Both the position numbers and the translations under genes were made by a program. Below the pieces are notes generated by a model. The model saw only the letters and a list, made by a program, of their open reading frames with translations, was not told the origin of the DNA and ran no database searches. From Eledone cirrhosa (Eukaryota), in the NCBI GenBank assembly GCA_964016885.1, contig OZ024766.1, positions 16,740,001 through 16,804,000 of the forward strand: 64,000 bases of DNA, given 5' to 3'. The stretch's first letter is position 1, and every line of letters begins with the position of its first letter. Below are positions 41,104 through 54,790 of this stretch, piece by piece.

Positions 41104-43759
41104 ATTCCAGCAATGAATAGCAATGCGGGATGCCAGAGCCAGAAGAAATTGAGGTAACACAATCAGTTTTTCAGGAGACAAACCATGATATTGAAGTGTT
41201 GCGTAAGTTTGTGGATGAAAATAAACCTTGACTGGTGGATGACCAGAAATATGCCTACCACAACATCATGAAAAACATTCAACATGACAGCACCCAGCAC
41301 TCACTGTAAATGAGGTTGGCATTAGGAAGGGCGTCCAGCTGTAGAAATCAAGCCAGAATCAGTTCCCGTCCCACCCTTGCAAGCAGGGAAAAAGCGGACG
41401 AGAAATGAAATAATGATGAATGATGATGTCCCTCCCATTTTTTCAATAGGGTCACATTAACGAATCAAAAGATAAATAGCAGAAAAACAGGCCCTAAAAT
41501 ATATTTTCCGTGCTATTTCCAACTTCACCTTTTCTCTATATATAGAGAGAGAGCGAGAGGACAATTTGTCATGTCTTCATTACATTTATTGAGCAGTGAA
41601 GCACGTTTTGCTATCGATCAGCTCAAGCTTTGATCTGTATTGATCTAGCTTGACTCTGGAATTAAAAGCTTGTCAGACTTCTGTTGTGGTAATAATGTTA
41701 CAATCCCTAGATATCATCATCATTGCTTAATGTCTATCTTCCATGCTAGCATGGGTTGGACGGGTTTGTCGTATTTAGAAGCAAGTTAGGTCGGGTGACT
41801 GTGTCTCGCTCATATGTAAATATATATAGCAGGCGCTGCAAAAAAGATCCGGAAACTAACCATGCATCCCAGACATGGCTTCAAATGACCCAGGCGGGCA
41901 GGTGCAGCAAACAAACGTTGCATACCTGACCCTGTGCATATCGACAATGGTAGGGTTGTAACCATATCTTGTAACAGATTAAAAAAATTTTCCGGGAAAG
42001 ACTGCCCTAACACCAGCTAGAGTTACCTCCCTTGACCTACTGCAACATCAAAACACACTTTTTTGCGAAGAATGAACTCTGACGTGAACTTATCTCTAAA
42101 AACACATTCTGGGCCATGTAAGGAACACTTTTTAGTTATTCATACCCTTGAGAAGCCCATCCAGGTGAAACGTACATCTTTTAACGGTCTGTTCTGCTAT
42201 ATTTTACTTTTCCACGTATATATATAGTTATATATATATATATCAACTAGAAATTGATTGACATATAAATAAACATATGAAACAATCACAGGGGATAATT
42301 TGTAAAAGTGTGTAAGCACACATAGCTAGGTAGGTAACTAAGTAAATTTAACTAGAACTTCAAAAATAGATACCTTAGAAAATGATTAATCTTCCTTGTA
42401 TATATTCCATTAAAGAAATATATTTCACCAATTAATCGATTGGTAAACGACAGTAACCAGATCTTGGATTCTCAACAAGGAAGAAGTCCAACCATCTGTG
42501 TTTACGCATCAAGTTCAAATCAGCGACTGACCAGTAACACGTGCTGTATCTACTAAAAATACACACATCATACCAGCTTCGTCCCAGTTGCGTGAATAGG
42601 GTTATTGACAACTAGAAACAGCAGTCACGTCCTTTCAACAGAGTTATCTCTACAATTAAGGGGCCGTATTTATATATATATATATATCCAAAATTAAGAT
42701 AAATTAAAATAAAATTAATCTATATCAAATTATGGGTGTCATGCCAGAAAGACATGCGCCATATCACCCGTAAAATAAGCTCCATGGAGCTTATTTTACG
42801 GGTGATATGTCACATGTCTTTCTGGCATGACTCCCATAATTTGATTTAGATTAATTTTATTTTAATTTATTATAATTTTGGATATATATATATAAATACA
42901 GAGAAAGAGAAGAGTAGACAACAGACAATGACAAAGAAGAGGAATTAACCACCCCAGTATTTCACTGGTATTTCATTTATTGACCTCAAAATATCGAAGC
43001 AACTTTACCTCAGTGGGATTTGTACTCTGAGAACTAGAACAGACACTGAAAATATATCAAGATGTGCACACATGTATATAAGAACACATATAAACATACA
43101 TATACATATACACACACACATATACACAAATAAAGATAATCATTTTCATGGACAGAAATTTCTACACACTGACATATACACTCATACATATATATATATA
43201 TAGGAAAATGTTTAACCCCGATGGCAGAGCTCAAGCCATTTCGACGGTTATGTCTGGACTGTTTCCAGAAATAGCCGTTGAAACGGATTGAGCTCTGCCG
43301 TCGGGGTTAAACATTTTCCTATTACCCGCTCTACTACCCCAAGTATTGAGTACTCTGGTGCGTATATGGTCCATCTGGTTCTTTACCACACCTCCTTTGT
43401 TATATATATATATATATATATAAAATTATAAGAAACGAAAGGAGCTGTGTGGTTACTGTAAACAAAGTTTAAGATGGTAATATGGATGAAAAGAGAAAAT
43501 AAACCCTTCATCAGCTGTAAACCGAGATCATAGATGTTTTGGCACATATATATATATACAGTGTTTTTAAATTCTGTACCATACAGATTTGTCAGCACAA
43601 GTCTTGGTTACAACTTCTACAAATAAAATGAAAGGAGAATAATTTCAGAACAAACAAGTTTTATTCAAGACATTAACAACATTGGTGGCACTATTTTGGG
43701 TGAATGATATGGTTTTTATCTTGTCTGATTGTGTTTCTGTTACATTAAGTAACCTTATG

Positions 43760-44208
43760 TTGGTACCACAACATTTAGAAAATGATTTACCACAGACATC
43801 ACAGTGATAAGGTTCCTCTCCTGTATATGTTAGTGTCTAGTGAAGTCACAACATTTAGAGAATGATTTACTGCAGATATCACAGTGATATGGTTCCTTTT
43901 CTGTAAATGTTAGTGCTGAGTGAAGTGACTTATTTCAGAGAATGATTTCCCACAGATATCACAGTGATATGGTTTCTCTCCTGTATATATATGTTTGTGT
44001 CTAGTTAAGCTAGCTTTTATAGATAACAATTTCCACAGATATCACAGTAATATGGCTTTTCTCCAGTATATATTTATGTTTGTATGTAGTTAATGTAGCA
44101 ATACAAGAGAATAATTTTTACACAATATCAGTGGTATGGCTTCTCACTCATATGAATGTATTTGTGTCTAATTAATTTACAATTTTGAGACAATGAGATA
44201 TGACTTTG
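43760..44208 (-). pseudogene. Degenerate finger array 3' of ZF copy 5 (short)
   Basis: As above. Confidence 0.8.
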
Positions 44209-45192
<984 letters not shown>

Positions 45193-46371
45193 TTAATATT
45201 TTTCATATTATATTCCTAAAAAATATTTCTTCTGTTATATTTCCCTCAATTATGATCTCAGTTAATACCTGAAGATGATGCAAACTTCTTTGTCATTGAA
45301 GCTGAGTTAAAATACAAAATATATCTCTCATATATATATACCACACAGTGAAGAAAAGGAATTTTGTCTTTAAACTCAGTTCTGAGGAAATATATCACAG
45401 TAATTCTGATAGATTTATATAAACAGTGTTATATAAGTTCTGTTTAAAAAGTTTTAATCTTCAAATGATGATAAATAGAGGTGATGAATCCAAGATTGAA
45501 GATAATAATTTATCCTAATGTCATCTGATATTCTGAAATGAAAAAGAAACAGTATGAAATAATAGAGAATACTTAAGAAGCAGAGATAGATTTAACAGTG
45601 GAAATTTTACATCTATAAACCCTGGAAACTTTTTATTGAAAAATCAAATTATTTTAGTTTTTAATTAGTTACAAGAAATCTTTCTCCACACCTGCAACCA
45701 TGAGTGTATCTGGGGTTCTTTTCTCTTCAGAGAGATGGATCCTCATGAGATGGAGAGAATACTTTGCTGATCTCCCAAACCCGATCACAACAGCATCTTC
45801 GGATGTACATGAGGTGAATCTGATAGCGGTGACTAATCTCTCGGAGGCTGAGGTCACAAGAGCAATTAAAGAGCTCAAATGTGACCGACTCATGTGTGTC
45901 AGATGGCCTGGGTCTCTGAAATGGCACTCAAGCAAAGGCAATCGGGAGTGATAATCCCAATTTATAAAAAGGGACACACGAGAGATTGTTCCAAATAGAG
46001 AGGGATCACCTTGTTAAGACTCCCTGGTAAAGTATATGCAAAGTTTCTGGCAAAGTGATGTAGCGAGTCCAAGCTAGCTGATGGACAGTGCTGTTTTCTC
46101 CCTGGGTGCAACATAACCCACCAAATATTCACACTGTGGCAGGTCTTTGAGAAATCGTGGGAGTATTGCTAAGAGGTATATATTATCGTTTTATAGACCT
46201 TGAAAATGCACATGATCGCATTCTTCAGGACCTCCTGAGCATACAGGAGTTCCCATGGGCAGCCAGTCTTAAACATCTCTGTTATAGGCTGCAGGACGAT
46301 AATAACTAAGTGAGGGCTAACAACAGAGCCCTGGTGGACACCAGACTACACTCCAAATTATTCACTATAAT

Positions 46372-46548
46372 TGTTTCTATTTTAAACACAAGGCCAGCAA
46401 TTACCCAGTACATTACTGGTACTTTATTTTATCAACCCCGTATGGATGTAAGTCAAAGTTAACCTCGGCGGGATTTGAACTCAGATCATAAAGGGACGTA
46501 ACTCTGTGCCTCAAAGCATGGTGTCCGACTCTCTACCGATACTGCCAC
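46372..46548 (-). mobile_element. SINE copy, unit 5
   Basis: Same position and TSD. Confidence 0.85.
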
Positions 46549-46879
46549 TTCACTATAATGAATGTTAATCCTGACATTGCTGACTGCTCTTCTATACATG
46601 GCTTTATGATCCTCTATACAAGACATGTATCAGACGGTTATTCAGCTAGCTCTTTAGAGTATTAGAACCTTATTATGTACAGCCACCGAGATCCCACAAC
46701 AACAGATGTCCCTTCACCATCAAAGCAGTTCCCTGAAATACAGATACTCAACCCCTACTTGGCTGGCTAACTCAGACATAATTATAATGAAATGAAACCC
46801 ACAATAAAGTAATGTTCAACCATAAGTAGATGAAGTTAATTAAATTGTAAGAGATTTAGACTAAAATAGACAAAATATT

Positions 46880-47220
46880 AATTTACTTAAAGCAACAACA
46901 AGGTACAGCTAAATATAAAATATATTTTATAATGTACGGTAGTGAACCACATAATTAAATAGACGGAGGTAATTTAAATAATAAATATATCTTTAATTTA
47001 TTTAAAGCAATAACAAGGTACAGCTAAATATAAACTATATCTTATAATGTACGGTAGTGAACAAGATAATTAAATAGACGGAGGTAATTTAAATAATAAA
47101 TATATCTTTAATTTATTTAAAGCAATAACAAGGTACAGCTAAATATAAACTATATCTTATAATGTACGGTAGTGAACAAGTTAATTAAATAGACGGAGGT
47201 AATTTAAATAATAAAGACAG
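46880..47220. repeat. 115-bp minisatellite, unit 5 (~3 copies)
   Basis: Same monomer. Confidence 0.9.
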
Positions 47221-48231
47221 TCATAACAATATATTTTATATCACATGTAACAGTGGAATCTGGTTAATTACTGGTGCGTTGTAGGGGTCACATAATTATA
47301 TTATTTACACACATTAATATAGACAGTCAAGTAAATCTTTGTCAACTTACCTCCTTCACATATAATCAATGTATTGTGTTGTTAGTTGTTACTAAACAAC
47401 CAAAGAAATAATCTCTTTGTTATCAAATTAGAAGTTCCAATGTTATCAGCTTTATTTCACGACATTAACGTTGGTGTATCTTCTTCATCTTTAGTCATAA
47501 ATTGATATCTTGTCAGAATGAAGTAGTGAGACTGACTTTATGTCTTTAGCTACAGATTTGATAGGAAATATATATATATTAGGTTGATATGTAGTCTAAA
47601 ATATATATATTGTCTATAAATGACTGAGAGCAGATGTTCTGGTGAAATAGTAGTTTTACTACTACAGATTGTAATGGAACTCTTAGTAGACACAATTGTA
47701 AAGTAAGAATAGATATGACAGTGTAAGACTGATGTCGGGGAATTAAAATTGTGTGTGTGTATATATATATATAATTGTTACACAAGATATAATTAGATTA
47801 ATTAAAGTTATAACGAAGACAGCAGGTACTCGGTGTCTTAGCGAACGTTTCGACTCTCGTACGGTGTCAAACGTGAAAAGTCCCTGACATAATTTAGTAC
47901 CTTCACACACATTTCCAGTCGTATTTAATTCTATAGTGATGTGATTTATTAAAAAGAAATGTGATAATTGTTTCTACTTTTGGCACAAGGCCAGCAATTA
48001 CCCTAGTGTATTACTGGTACATTATTTTATCGACCCCGTAATAATTGTTTCTACTTTAGGCACAAGGCCAGTAAATACGCCAGTGAATTACTGGTACTTT
48101 ATTTTATCGACACCGTAATAATTGTTTCTAATTTAGGCACAAGGCTAGGAAATACCCCAGTACATTACTGGTACTTTATTTTATCGACCCCGTAGGGATG
48201 AAAGGCAAAGCTAACCTCTGAGGGATTAACT

Positions 48232-49045
48232 TTGCTTTTCATCCTTATCTCTATACATATAGAAAATGGACAGAGTGTGTACTTCCCTGAAACCACTGCT
48301 CATCAGTTGACACCAGCACCACCTGACACTACTCTAACTGCTTTTTTGAAACTCTGCCAGAATAAAGAATTTGTTCGATCCCTCCTATATGCTGACATCC
48401 CAAAATACTACACCTGGACCAATTGTAAGACTTGGAATCAAAGGAGGCAGGGTCATTTAGTGGAAGGTGATGAAGTCAAGGCAAGTGATGCTATTGGGCA
48501 TGTTTACAATGACCACCCCAACAACAGAGAGAGTTTTTATTTACAGCCACTTCTGCATATTGTTCAAGGACCAACGTCATTTGAGGATCTCAGGTGATTT
48601 GGTGGGAGAGTGCAGCACATACCAAGAAGCATCTAAAGAACATCAACTCATGCATGGCAATTGACATTAGAAGAAGCAGTCACTGGAGTAGCCAGTTAAA
48701 TAAGACAGCCATGGACTCCTGTATGACAACTGACATTGGAAGAAGGGACTAGAAGGAGCAGTCACTGGAGTAGCCAGTTAAATAAGACAGCCATGGACTC
48801 CTGTATGACAACTGACATTGGAAGAAGGGACTAGAAGGAGCAGTCACTGGAGTAGCCAGTTAAATAAGACAGTTGTTTGCTACTATACTCACGGCATGTG
48901 GAATAAATCTCATCTACCCTGGCAGGAGCACAAAAACAATATGTCAGACGACTATCTACACCTAGCCCAAAGACGTTATAGCAATATTTATGTGGAATCT
49001 ACCTCCAGGATTTACAATGAACCTCTGTGCAACCTGTCCCATTGA
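48232..49045 (+). mobile_element. Helitron relic, unit 5 (array almost unexpanded)
   Basis: 121-aa ORF 48232-48597 plus continuation. Confidence 0.82.
48663..48872. repeat. 82-bp minisatellite, unit 5 (~2.5 copies)
   Basis: Same monomer. Confidence 0.93.
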
Positions 49046-50315
49046 ATTCCAGCAATGAATAGCAATGCGGGATGCCAGAGCCAGAAGAAATTGAGGTAAT
49101 ACAATCAGTTTTTCAGGAGACAAACCATGATATTGAAGTGTTGTGTAAGTTTGTGAATGAAAATAAACCTTGACTGGTGGATGACCAGAAATATGCCTAC
49201 CACAACATCATGAAAAACATTCAACATGACAGCACCCAGCACTCACTGTAAATGAGGTTGGCATTAGGAAGGGCATCCATCTGTAGAAATCAAGCCACAA
49301 TCAGTTCCCGTACCACCCTTGCAAGCAGGGAAAAAGCGGACGTGAAATGAAATGATGATGAATGATGATGTCCCTCCCATTTTTTCAATAGGGTCACTTT
49401 AACGAATCAAAAGATAAATAACAGAAAAACAGGCCCTAAAATATATTTTCCGTGCTATTTCTAACTTCACCTTTTCTCTATATATAGAGAGAGAGCGAGA
49501 GGACAATTTGTCATGTCTTCATTACATTTATTGAGCAGTGAAGCACGTTTTGCTATCGATCAGCTCAAGGTTTGATCTGTATTGATCTAGCCTGACTCTG
49601 GAATTAAAAGCTTGTCAGACTTCTGTTGTGGTAATGTTACAATCCCTAGATATCATCATCATTGATTAATGTCTATCTTCCATGCTAGCATGGGTTGGAC
49701 GGGTTTGTCGTATTTAGAAGCAAGTTAGGTCGGGTGACCGTGTCTCGCTCATATGTAAATATATATATAGCAGGCGCTGCAAAAAAAATCCGGAAACTAA
49801 CCATGCATCCCAGACATGGCTTCAAATGACCAAGGCGGGCAGGTGCAGCAAACAAACGTTGCATACCTGACGCTGTGCGTATCGACAATGGTAGGGTTGT
49901 AACCATATCTTTTAACAGATAAAAAAAATTTTCCGGGAAAGACTGCCCTAACACCAGCTAGAGTTACCTCCCTTGACCTACTGCAACATCAAAACACGCT
50001 TTTTTGCGAAGAATGAACTCTGACGTGAACTTATCTCTAAAAACACATTCTGGGCCATGTAAGGAACACTTTTTAGTTATTTATACCCTTGAGAAGCCCA
50101 TCCAGGTGAAAAGTACATCTTTTAACGGTCTGTTCTGCTATATTTTACTTTTCCACGTATATATATAGTTATATATATATATATCAACTAGAAATTGATT
50201 GACATATAAATCATCATCATCATCATCATCAGGTTTAGCGTCCGTGTTCCACGCTTGCATGGGTTTGGACGGGGGTTTTCCCACTTGAGGCAAGAGTGGT
50301 TGTCTTGCTCGCATA

Positions 50316-50545
50316 GGACTGTCTGGCGGGTTTTCTACAGTTGGATGCCCTTCCTAACACCAACCACATTTACAGTGTGGGGCTGGGAGGTTTTTACCGT
50401 GTTGCCTACACGGCCACATTACAGCGTGGACTGTCTGGCGGGTTTTCTACAGCTGGATGCCCTTCCTAACACCAACCACATTTACAGTGTGGGGCTGGGA
50501 GGTTTTTACCGTGTTGCCTACACGGCCACATTTACAGCGTGGACT
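50316..50545. repeat. ~111-bp tandem duplication in the RTE 3'UTR
   Basis: ggactgtctggcgggttttctacag...cacggccacatt(t)acagcgt occurs twice. Confidence 0.85.
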
Positions 50546-50715
50546 GTGTGTTTTTTGTCGTGACACCTACACGATCTCATTTGTTTCGGCCTGGATGTTG
50601 TGGGACCAACATAACTTTACATTGAAAGGGGCGGTGTGGGTGGGGTGGAGGTGGTGGGACGGGGGTGTGTTTTGATAGAGGTGCCTACTGACTGTAGTAG
50701 GTTTTTACTTTGTAT

Positions 50716-53700
50716 TTAGGTAAGGCGGGTCTTCTCTATTACTGAGTACCGCCAAAGGTCTCGGTCCAGTGACATTGTCTTGGAGAGGTGTAAGCGTGTG
50801 AGGTCGGAATTTATCAGCTCGTCCCATGTTTTTCTGGGTCTGCCTACTCCGTGGCTACCGTCTATCTTTATTGCCCTGCACTTTGTTATACAGCTGTCGT
50901 CTTTCATGCGCATCACGTGACCGTACCAACGTAGCCTTCTCTCGAGTAAACAACATCTGATCCCTCTTATTTCTAATTTTTTCCTTAGTTCGTTTATGCT
51001 TTGCCGTTCACGTATATTACTATTGCACATCCAGCGGAGCATGCAAGCTTCGTTCCTCTCTAGTCTGCGTATATCCTCTGCACACAATGCCCAGGTCTCA
51101 CTGCCATGCAGCATTGCTGTTCGTATGCAGGCATCGTATAACCTGCCTTTCATTTTTAGGGAGAACCCTCTAGCGGCTAATAGTGGTATAAGCTCTCTGA
51201 ACTTTTTCCATCCAGTTCTGACTCTAGCTACTGTACTTTCAGAGCACCCTCCCCCACTGCTGATTTTGTCACCCAGATAACGGAAGCTGTCCACTATTTC
51301 TATAGAACCCTCTGCGCAGTTGAAGGAGCTAGTATTTTGTGGGCACTTGCTGCTACTTATTGCACCAGAGCACCGGCCACATGTAAAATCTATGTTCTTA
51401 GTTAGCTTACCTGTGATCCCACTACATCTTTTATGCACCCATACTTTGCATTTGGGACATAAAATGGAGTTTCTACCTACGCCTTTCCTACACACTGAGC
51501 ATGGCCATTTCCCCGATGGGACCGCCGCCTTATTTTCTTTCCTACAAACTAGAACTTTAGTCTTAGCCAGGTTAATTTTAAGGCCTTTTGATTCTAGGCC
51601 GTGCTTCCACGTTTGGAATTTCTTCTCTAGTTCGGTCATTGATTCAGCTATGAGCGTTAGATCATCTGCGTATAGGAGTTCCCATGGGCAGCCGGTCTTG
51701 AACTCCTCTGTTATAGCCTGAAGGGCAATAATAAATAGTAGGGGGCTAAGTACAGAGCCCTGATGGACACCAACTTTTACGCTAAACTCTTCACTATATT
51801 CGTTGTTAATTCTAACCTTACTGACTGTTTCTTTATACATGGCTTGTATAGCTCTCACAAGCCATTCGTCAACACCTAGTTTTCTAAGAGACCACCAGAT
51901 AATGGAACGGGGGACTCTGTCGAAGGCTTTCTCCAAGTCGACAAAAGCTAAGTATAGGGGTTTACTTTTAGCTAGGTACTTCTCCTGTAGTTGTCGTACA
52001 ATGAAAAGAGCGTCTGTGGTACTTTTGCCTGACACAAACCCGAACTGCATTTCATCTAGATCAATTCTCTCTCTGATTAGTTGCGCTATTACTTTTTCCG
52101 TGACCTTCATGACCTGGTCGATTAATTTAATGCCTCTATAGTTACTCCTATCTAGGGCATCTCCTTTTCCCTTATAGCAGTTAACGATGATGCTGCTACG
52201 CCATTCCTTCGGAACAACCCCATTCTGTACGACTTGGTTAACTATCCGGGTGACCATGGTGTGTCCCACCGAACCAGATGCCTTCAGCATCTCAGCAACT
52301 ATTTCCGAAGGCCCAGCCGCCTTACCCGTCTTCATATCTTTGATTGCCTTACTTATTATACTACCTTCAACTAACACTGCTGGTCCCTCTATTGGATCGA
52401 TCTGGGGGAGACTGTCTTTCTCCCATTTGTTCTCCTCATTTAGAAGCCTTTCGTAGTGACACTTCCAAGCTACCTTCTTATCAGCGTCGGTGATGGCAAG
52501 TATGCCATCATCGTTAAGTACACACTTCTCCCCGACAATATCACGGTTTTCCTTGACACATTGCCTGGCAATCCTGAACACCTCACGTTTTTGGTCCTCA
52601 CGTTGTAGAACATGCTTGAACTTTCTTTCCTCTGCTTCCCTTCTTGCGAAGTACACTTGTCTCCTAGCTTCCCTCCTGGCCACTTGATAGTCTTCTCTAC
52701 TTCCCCCATCCCGCCATACTTTCCAAGCCTGCTTTCTGGCCTTAATTGACTCCTCCACCTTACTGTTCCACCACCATGTTACTCTCCTCCTACCTACAGG
52801 CCTGCTCCAGCCACAGACTTCGTCTGCCGCCGTCAGCAGGTTTGCTCTCAGGAATTCCCACTGTTCCTCTATATTATACGACTCTAATTGCTCTTCCTTA
52901 CTATCGAAAGCGTCAAGTAATTTGCTTTGAAATTTATTTCTGGCTATGGGGTCCTTTAGCTTCCATATTTTTCTCCTGAGGATAGTCCTCCTTCGCTGTC
53001 TAGTACGTCTCGTCCTGACTATGAGGTCGCTAATTATCAGTCTATGTTGGGAGGTGAATTCTTCATGGGGGTGGGATTTAGTGTTAACAACAGACACTCT
53101 GTCACGTCTTCTGGTAAGGATATAATCTACCTGGCTTGTGTGTTCCCCCGATCTATAGGTGATCAAGTGATTGTCTCGTTTTTTGAAGTTAGTGTTACAG
53201 ATAGTTAAGTTATTTGCGTCGCAGAATTCCAGGATTCTGGAGCCTTCCTCATTTCTAGTACCGAACCCATAGCCTCCATGGATTCCGTCATAGCCGTCAC
53301 AATGTTGTCCAACGTGACCATTTAGGTCGCCTGCAATAACTATATAGTCACTGTCGGTTATTTGGGAGGTAGCGAGCATCAGTGTCTCGTAGAATCTGTC
53401 TTTTATAGCGCGGGGCTGTCCGGATTGGGGTGCGTACGCAGATATTACTGTCACCGTAGTTTTATTGAGGACAAGTCTTATTTTAATTATTCTGTCGTTC
53501 GCTCTATTTACGTCTATTATCTTATCTGCCCACTTTTCTGCTACCATGATTCCTACCCCACCCAACCTATTGTCATTTCCCACCCAGAAAAGCTTATAGC
53601 ATCGCTCTTTACCCACGATGAATCTAGCCGACCCTCCCCTCCACCTGGTCTCTTGAATACAACAAACATCGACCTCCTTACGTTCAAGCATTTCTACAAC

Positions 53701-53736
53701 CTCGTTAGAGCGACCCTTTAAGGTGCCTACATTCAT
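50716..53736 (-). CDS. RTE ORF: apurinic-like endonuclease, reverse transcriptase and Cys/His (PHD-like) insert, 1006 aa
   Basis: NVGTL, IQETRW, AYAPQ, GDLNGHVG, VDYIL, SQHR (APE); NYRGIKL, FVDLEKAFDRVP, GVHQGSVLSPLLF, YADD (RT); CSVC..CPKC..H..C..CGRC; RRLRWYGHVMR, GRPRKTW. Confidence 0.95.
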   Translation of the reverse strand: MNVGTLKGRSNEVVEMLERKEVDVCCIQETRWRGGSARFIVGKERCYKLFWVGNDNRLGGVGIMVAEKWADKIIDVNRANDRIIKIRLVLNKTTVTVISAYAPQSGQPRAIKDRFYETLMLATSQITDSDYIVIAGDLNGHVGQHCDGYDGIHGGYGFGTRNEEGSRILEFCDANNLTICNTNFKKRDNHLITYRSGEHTSQVDYILTRRRDRVSVVNTKSHPHEEFTSQHRLIISDLIVRTRRTRQRRRTILRRKIWKLKDPIARNKFQSKLLDAFDSKEEQLESYNIEEQWEFLRANLLTAADEVCGWSRPVGRRRVTWWWNSKVEESIKARKQAWKVWRDGGSREDYQVARREARRQVYFARREAEERKFKHVLQREDQKREVFRIARQCVKENRDIVGEKCVLNDDGILAITDADKKVAWKCHYERLLNEENKWEKDSLPQIDPIEGPAVLVEGSIISKAIKDMKTGKAAGPSEIVAEMLKASGSVGHTMVTRIVNQVVQNGVVPKEWRSSIIVNCYKGKGDALDRSNYRGIKLIDQVMKVTEKVIAQLIRERIDLDEMQFGFVSGKSTTDALFIVRQLQEKYLAKSKPLYLAFVDLEKAFDRVPRSIIWWSLRKLGVDEWLVRAIQAMYKETVSKVRINNEYSEEFSVKVGVHQGSVLSPLLFIIALQAITEEFKTGCPWELLYADDLTLIAESMTELEKKFQTWKHGLESKGLKINLAKTKVLVCRKENKAAVPSGKWPCSVCRKGVGRNSILCPKCKVWVHKRCSGITGKLTKNIDFTCGRCSGAISSSKCPQNTSSFNCAEGSIEIVDSFRYLGDKISSGGGCSESTVARVRTGWKKFRELIPLLAARGFSLKMKGRLYDACIRTAMLHGSETWALCAEDIRRLERNEACMLRWMCNSNIRERQSINELRKKLEIRGIRCCLLERRLRWYGHVMRMKDDSCITKCRAIKIDGSHGVGRPRKTWDELINSDLTRLHLSKTMSLDRDLWRYSVIEKTRLT

Positions 53737-54118
53737 GGTACCAACTCTGAAGTTTTAGATTGCGTTTGGAGGGTGGGAGCGGTGGGGCGCGGGGGGGGAT
53801 GGGGTTATGTTAGCCATCCTGGGCCGAAACAAGGAGGAGTGCTTGCATTCTCGTCCACGAGGTGAATTTGGCTTTATCTTTGGCATTGTCGCTGAGCGTC
53901 CACATTTTTCTCTCTTCAACTCTCCAGAATTCCGTAGTCCATCCATCATATCGAAAAGAAACCAGTTAAGCGATAGTATGGGCCTCTGACTTATGATTGG
54001 TCCACGTAATAATGGTGATGCGTGGGGGCGGGAGGGAGTGGTGATGCGTGGGGGCGGGAGGGAGGGATGATGGGTTGTTAGCGAGAATGTAAGGTTTAAG
54101 ATAAGATCGCCGTATTTT

Positions 54119-54790
54119 GGGCATGATTTAACAATAAACGAAAATACAAGATTTGTTTTGTTTAAGAAATTACGATAGAGAAAATGCGGTGATAGGGGAA
54201 GTATGATTTTTAGAGAAAAGATATGATATATAATGGTGAAAATATGATATAGTGTGAAATTAGGACATAGAAGTGATTGAATGAATGGGTTCGGATGGAG
54301 AGAAGGATCGAGAAAGAAATTGGGCATAATTTAACAATAAACGAAAATACAAGATTTGTTTTGTTTAAGAAATTACGATAGAGAAAATGCGGTGGTAGGG
54401 GAAGTATGATTTTTAGAGAAAAGATATGATATATAATGGTGAAAATATGATATAGTGTGAAATTAGGACATAGAAGTGATTGAATGAATGGGTTCGGATG
54501 GAGAGAAGGATCGAGAAAGAAATTGGGCATAATTTAACAATAAACGAAAATACAAGATTTGTTTTGTTTAAGAAATTACGATAGAGAAAATGCGGTGATA
54601 GGGGAAGTATGATTTTTAGAGAAAAGATATGATATATAATGGTGAAAATATGATATAGTGTGAAATTAGGACATAGAAGTGATTGAATGAATGGGTTCGG
54701 ATGGAGAGAAGGATCGAGAAAGAAATTGGGCATAATTTAACAATAAACGAAAATACAAGATTTGTTTTGTTTAAGAAATTACGATAGAGA
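54119..54790 (-). repeat. 203-bp tandem monomers (~3.3 copies) at the RTE 5' end
   Basis: Near-identical units; repeated ORF starts at 54327, 54530, 54733 give period 203. Confidence 0.92.

Larger units (their letters stand above)
34091..44208. repeat. Tandem segmental-duplication unit 4 (~10.1 kb)
   Basis: Colinear with the other units. Confidence 0.95.
50211..54789 (-). mobile_element. Near full-length RTE-clade non-LTR retrotransposon, unit 5 only
   Basis: (ATG)n 3' tail at ~50211-50230, 3'UTR, single APE+RT ORF, 5' tandem monomers; inserted into gacatataaat|aaacatatg, which is uninterrupted in the other units. Confidence 0.94.

Noticed and set aside
50996-53721. Plus-strand ORFs within the RTE, and likewise within the CR1 (4667-5569)
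   Set aside because: Antisense or alternative-frame shadows of RT coding sequence with no recognisable motifs
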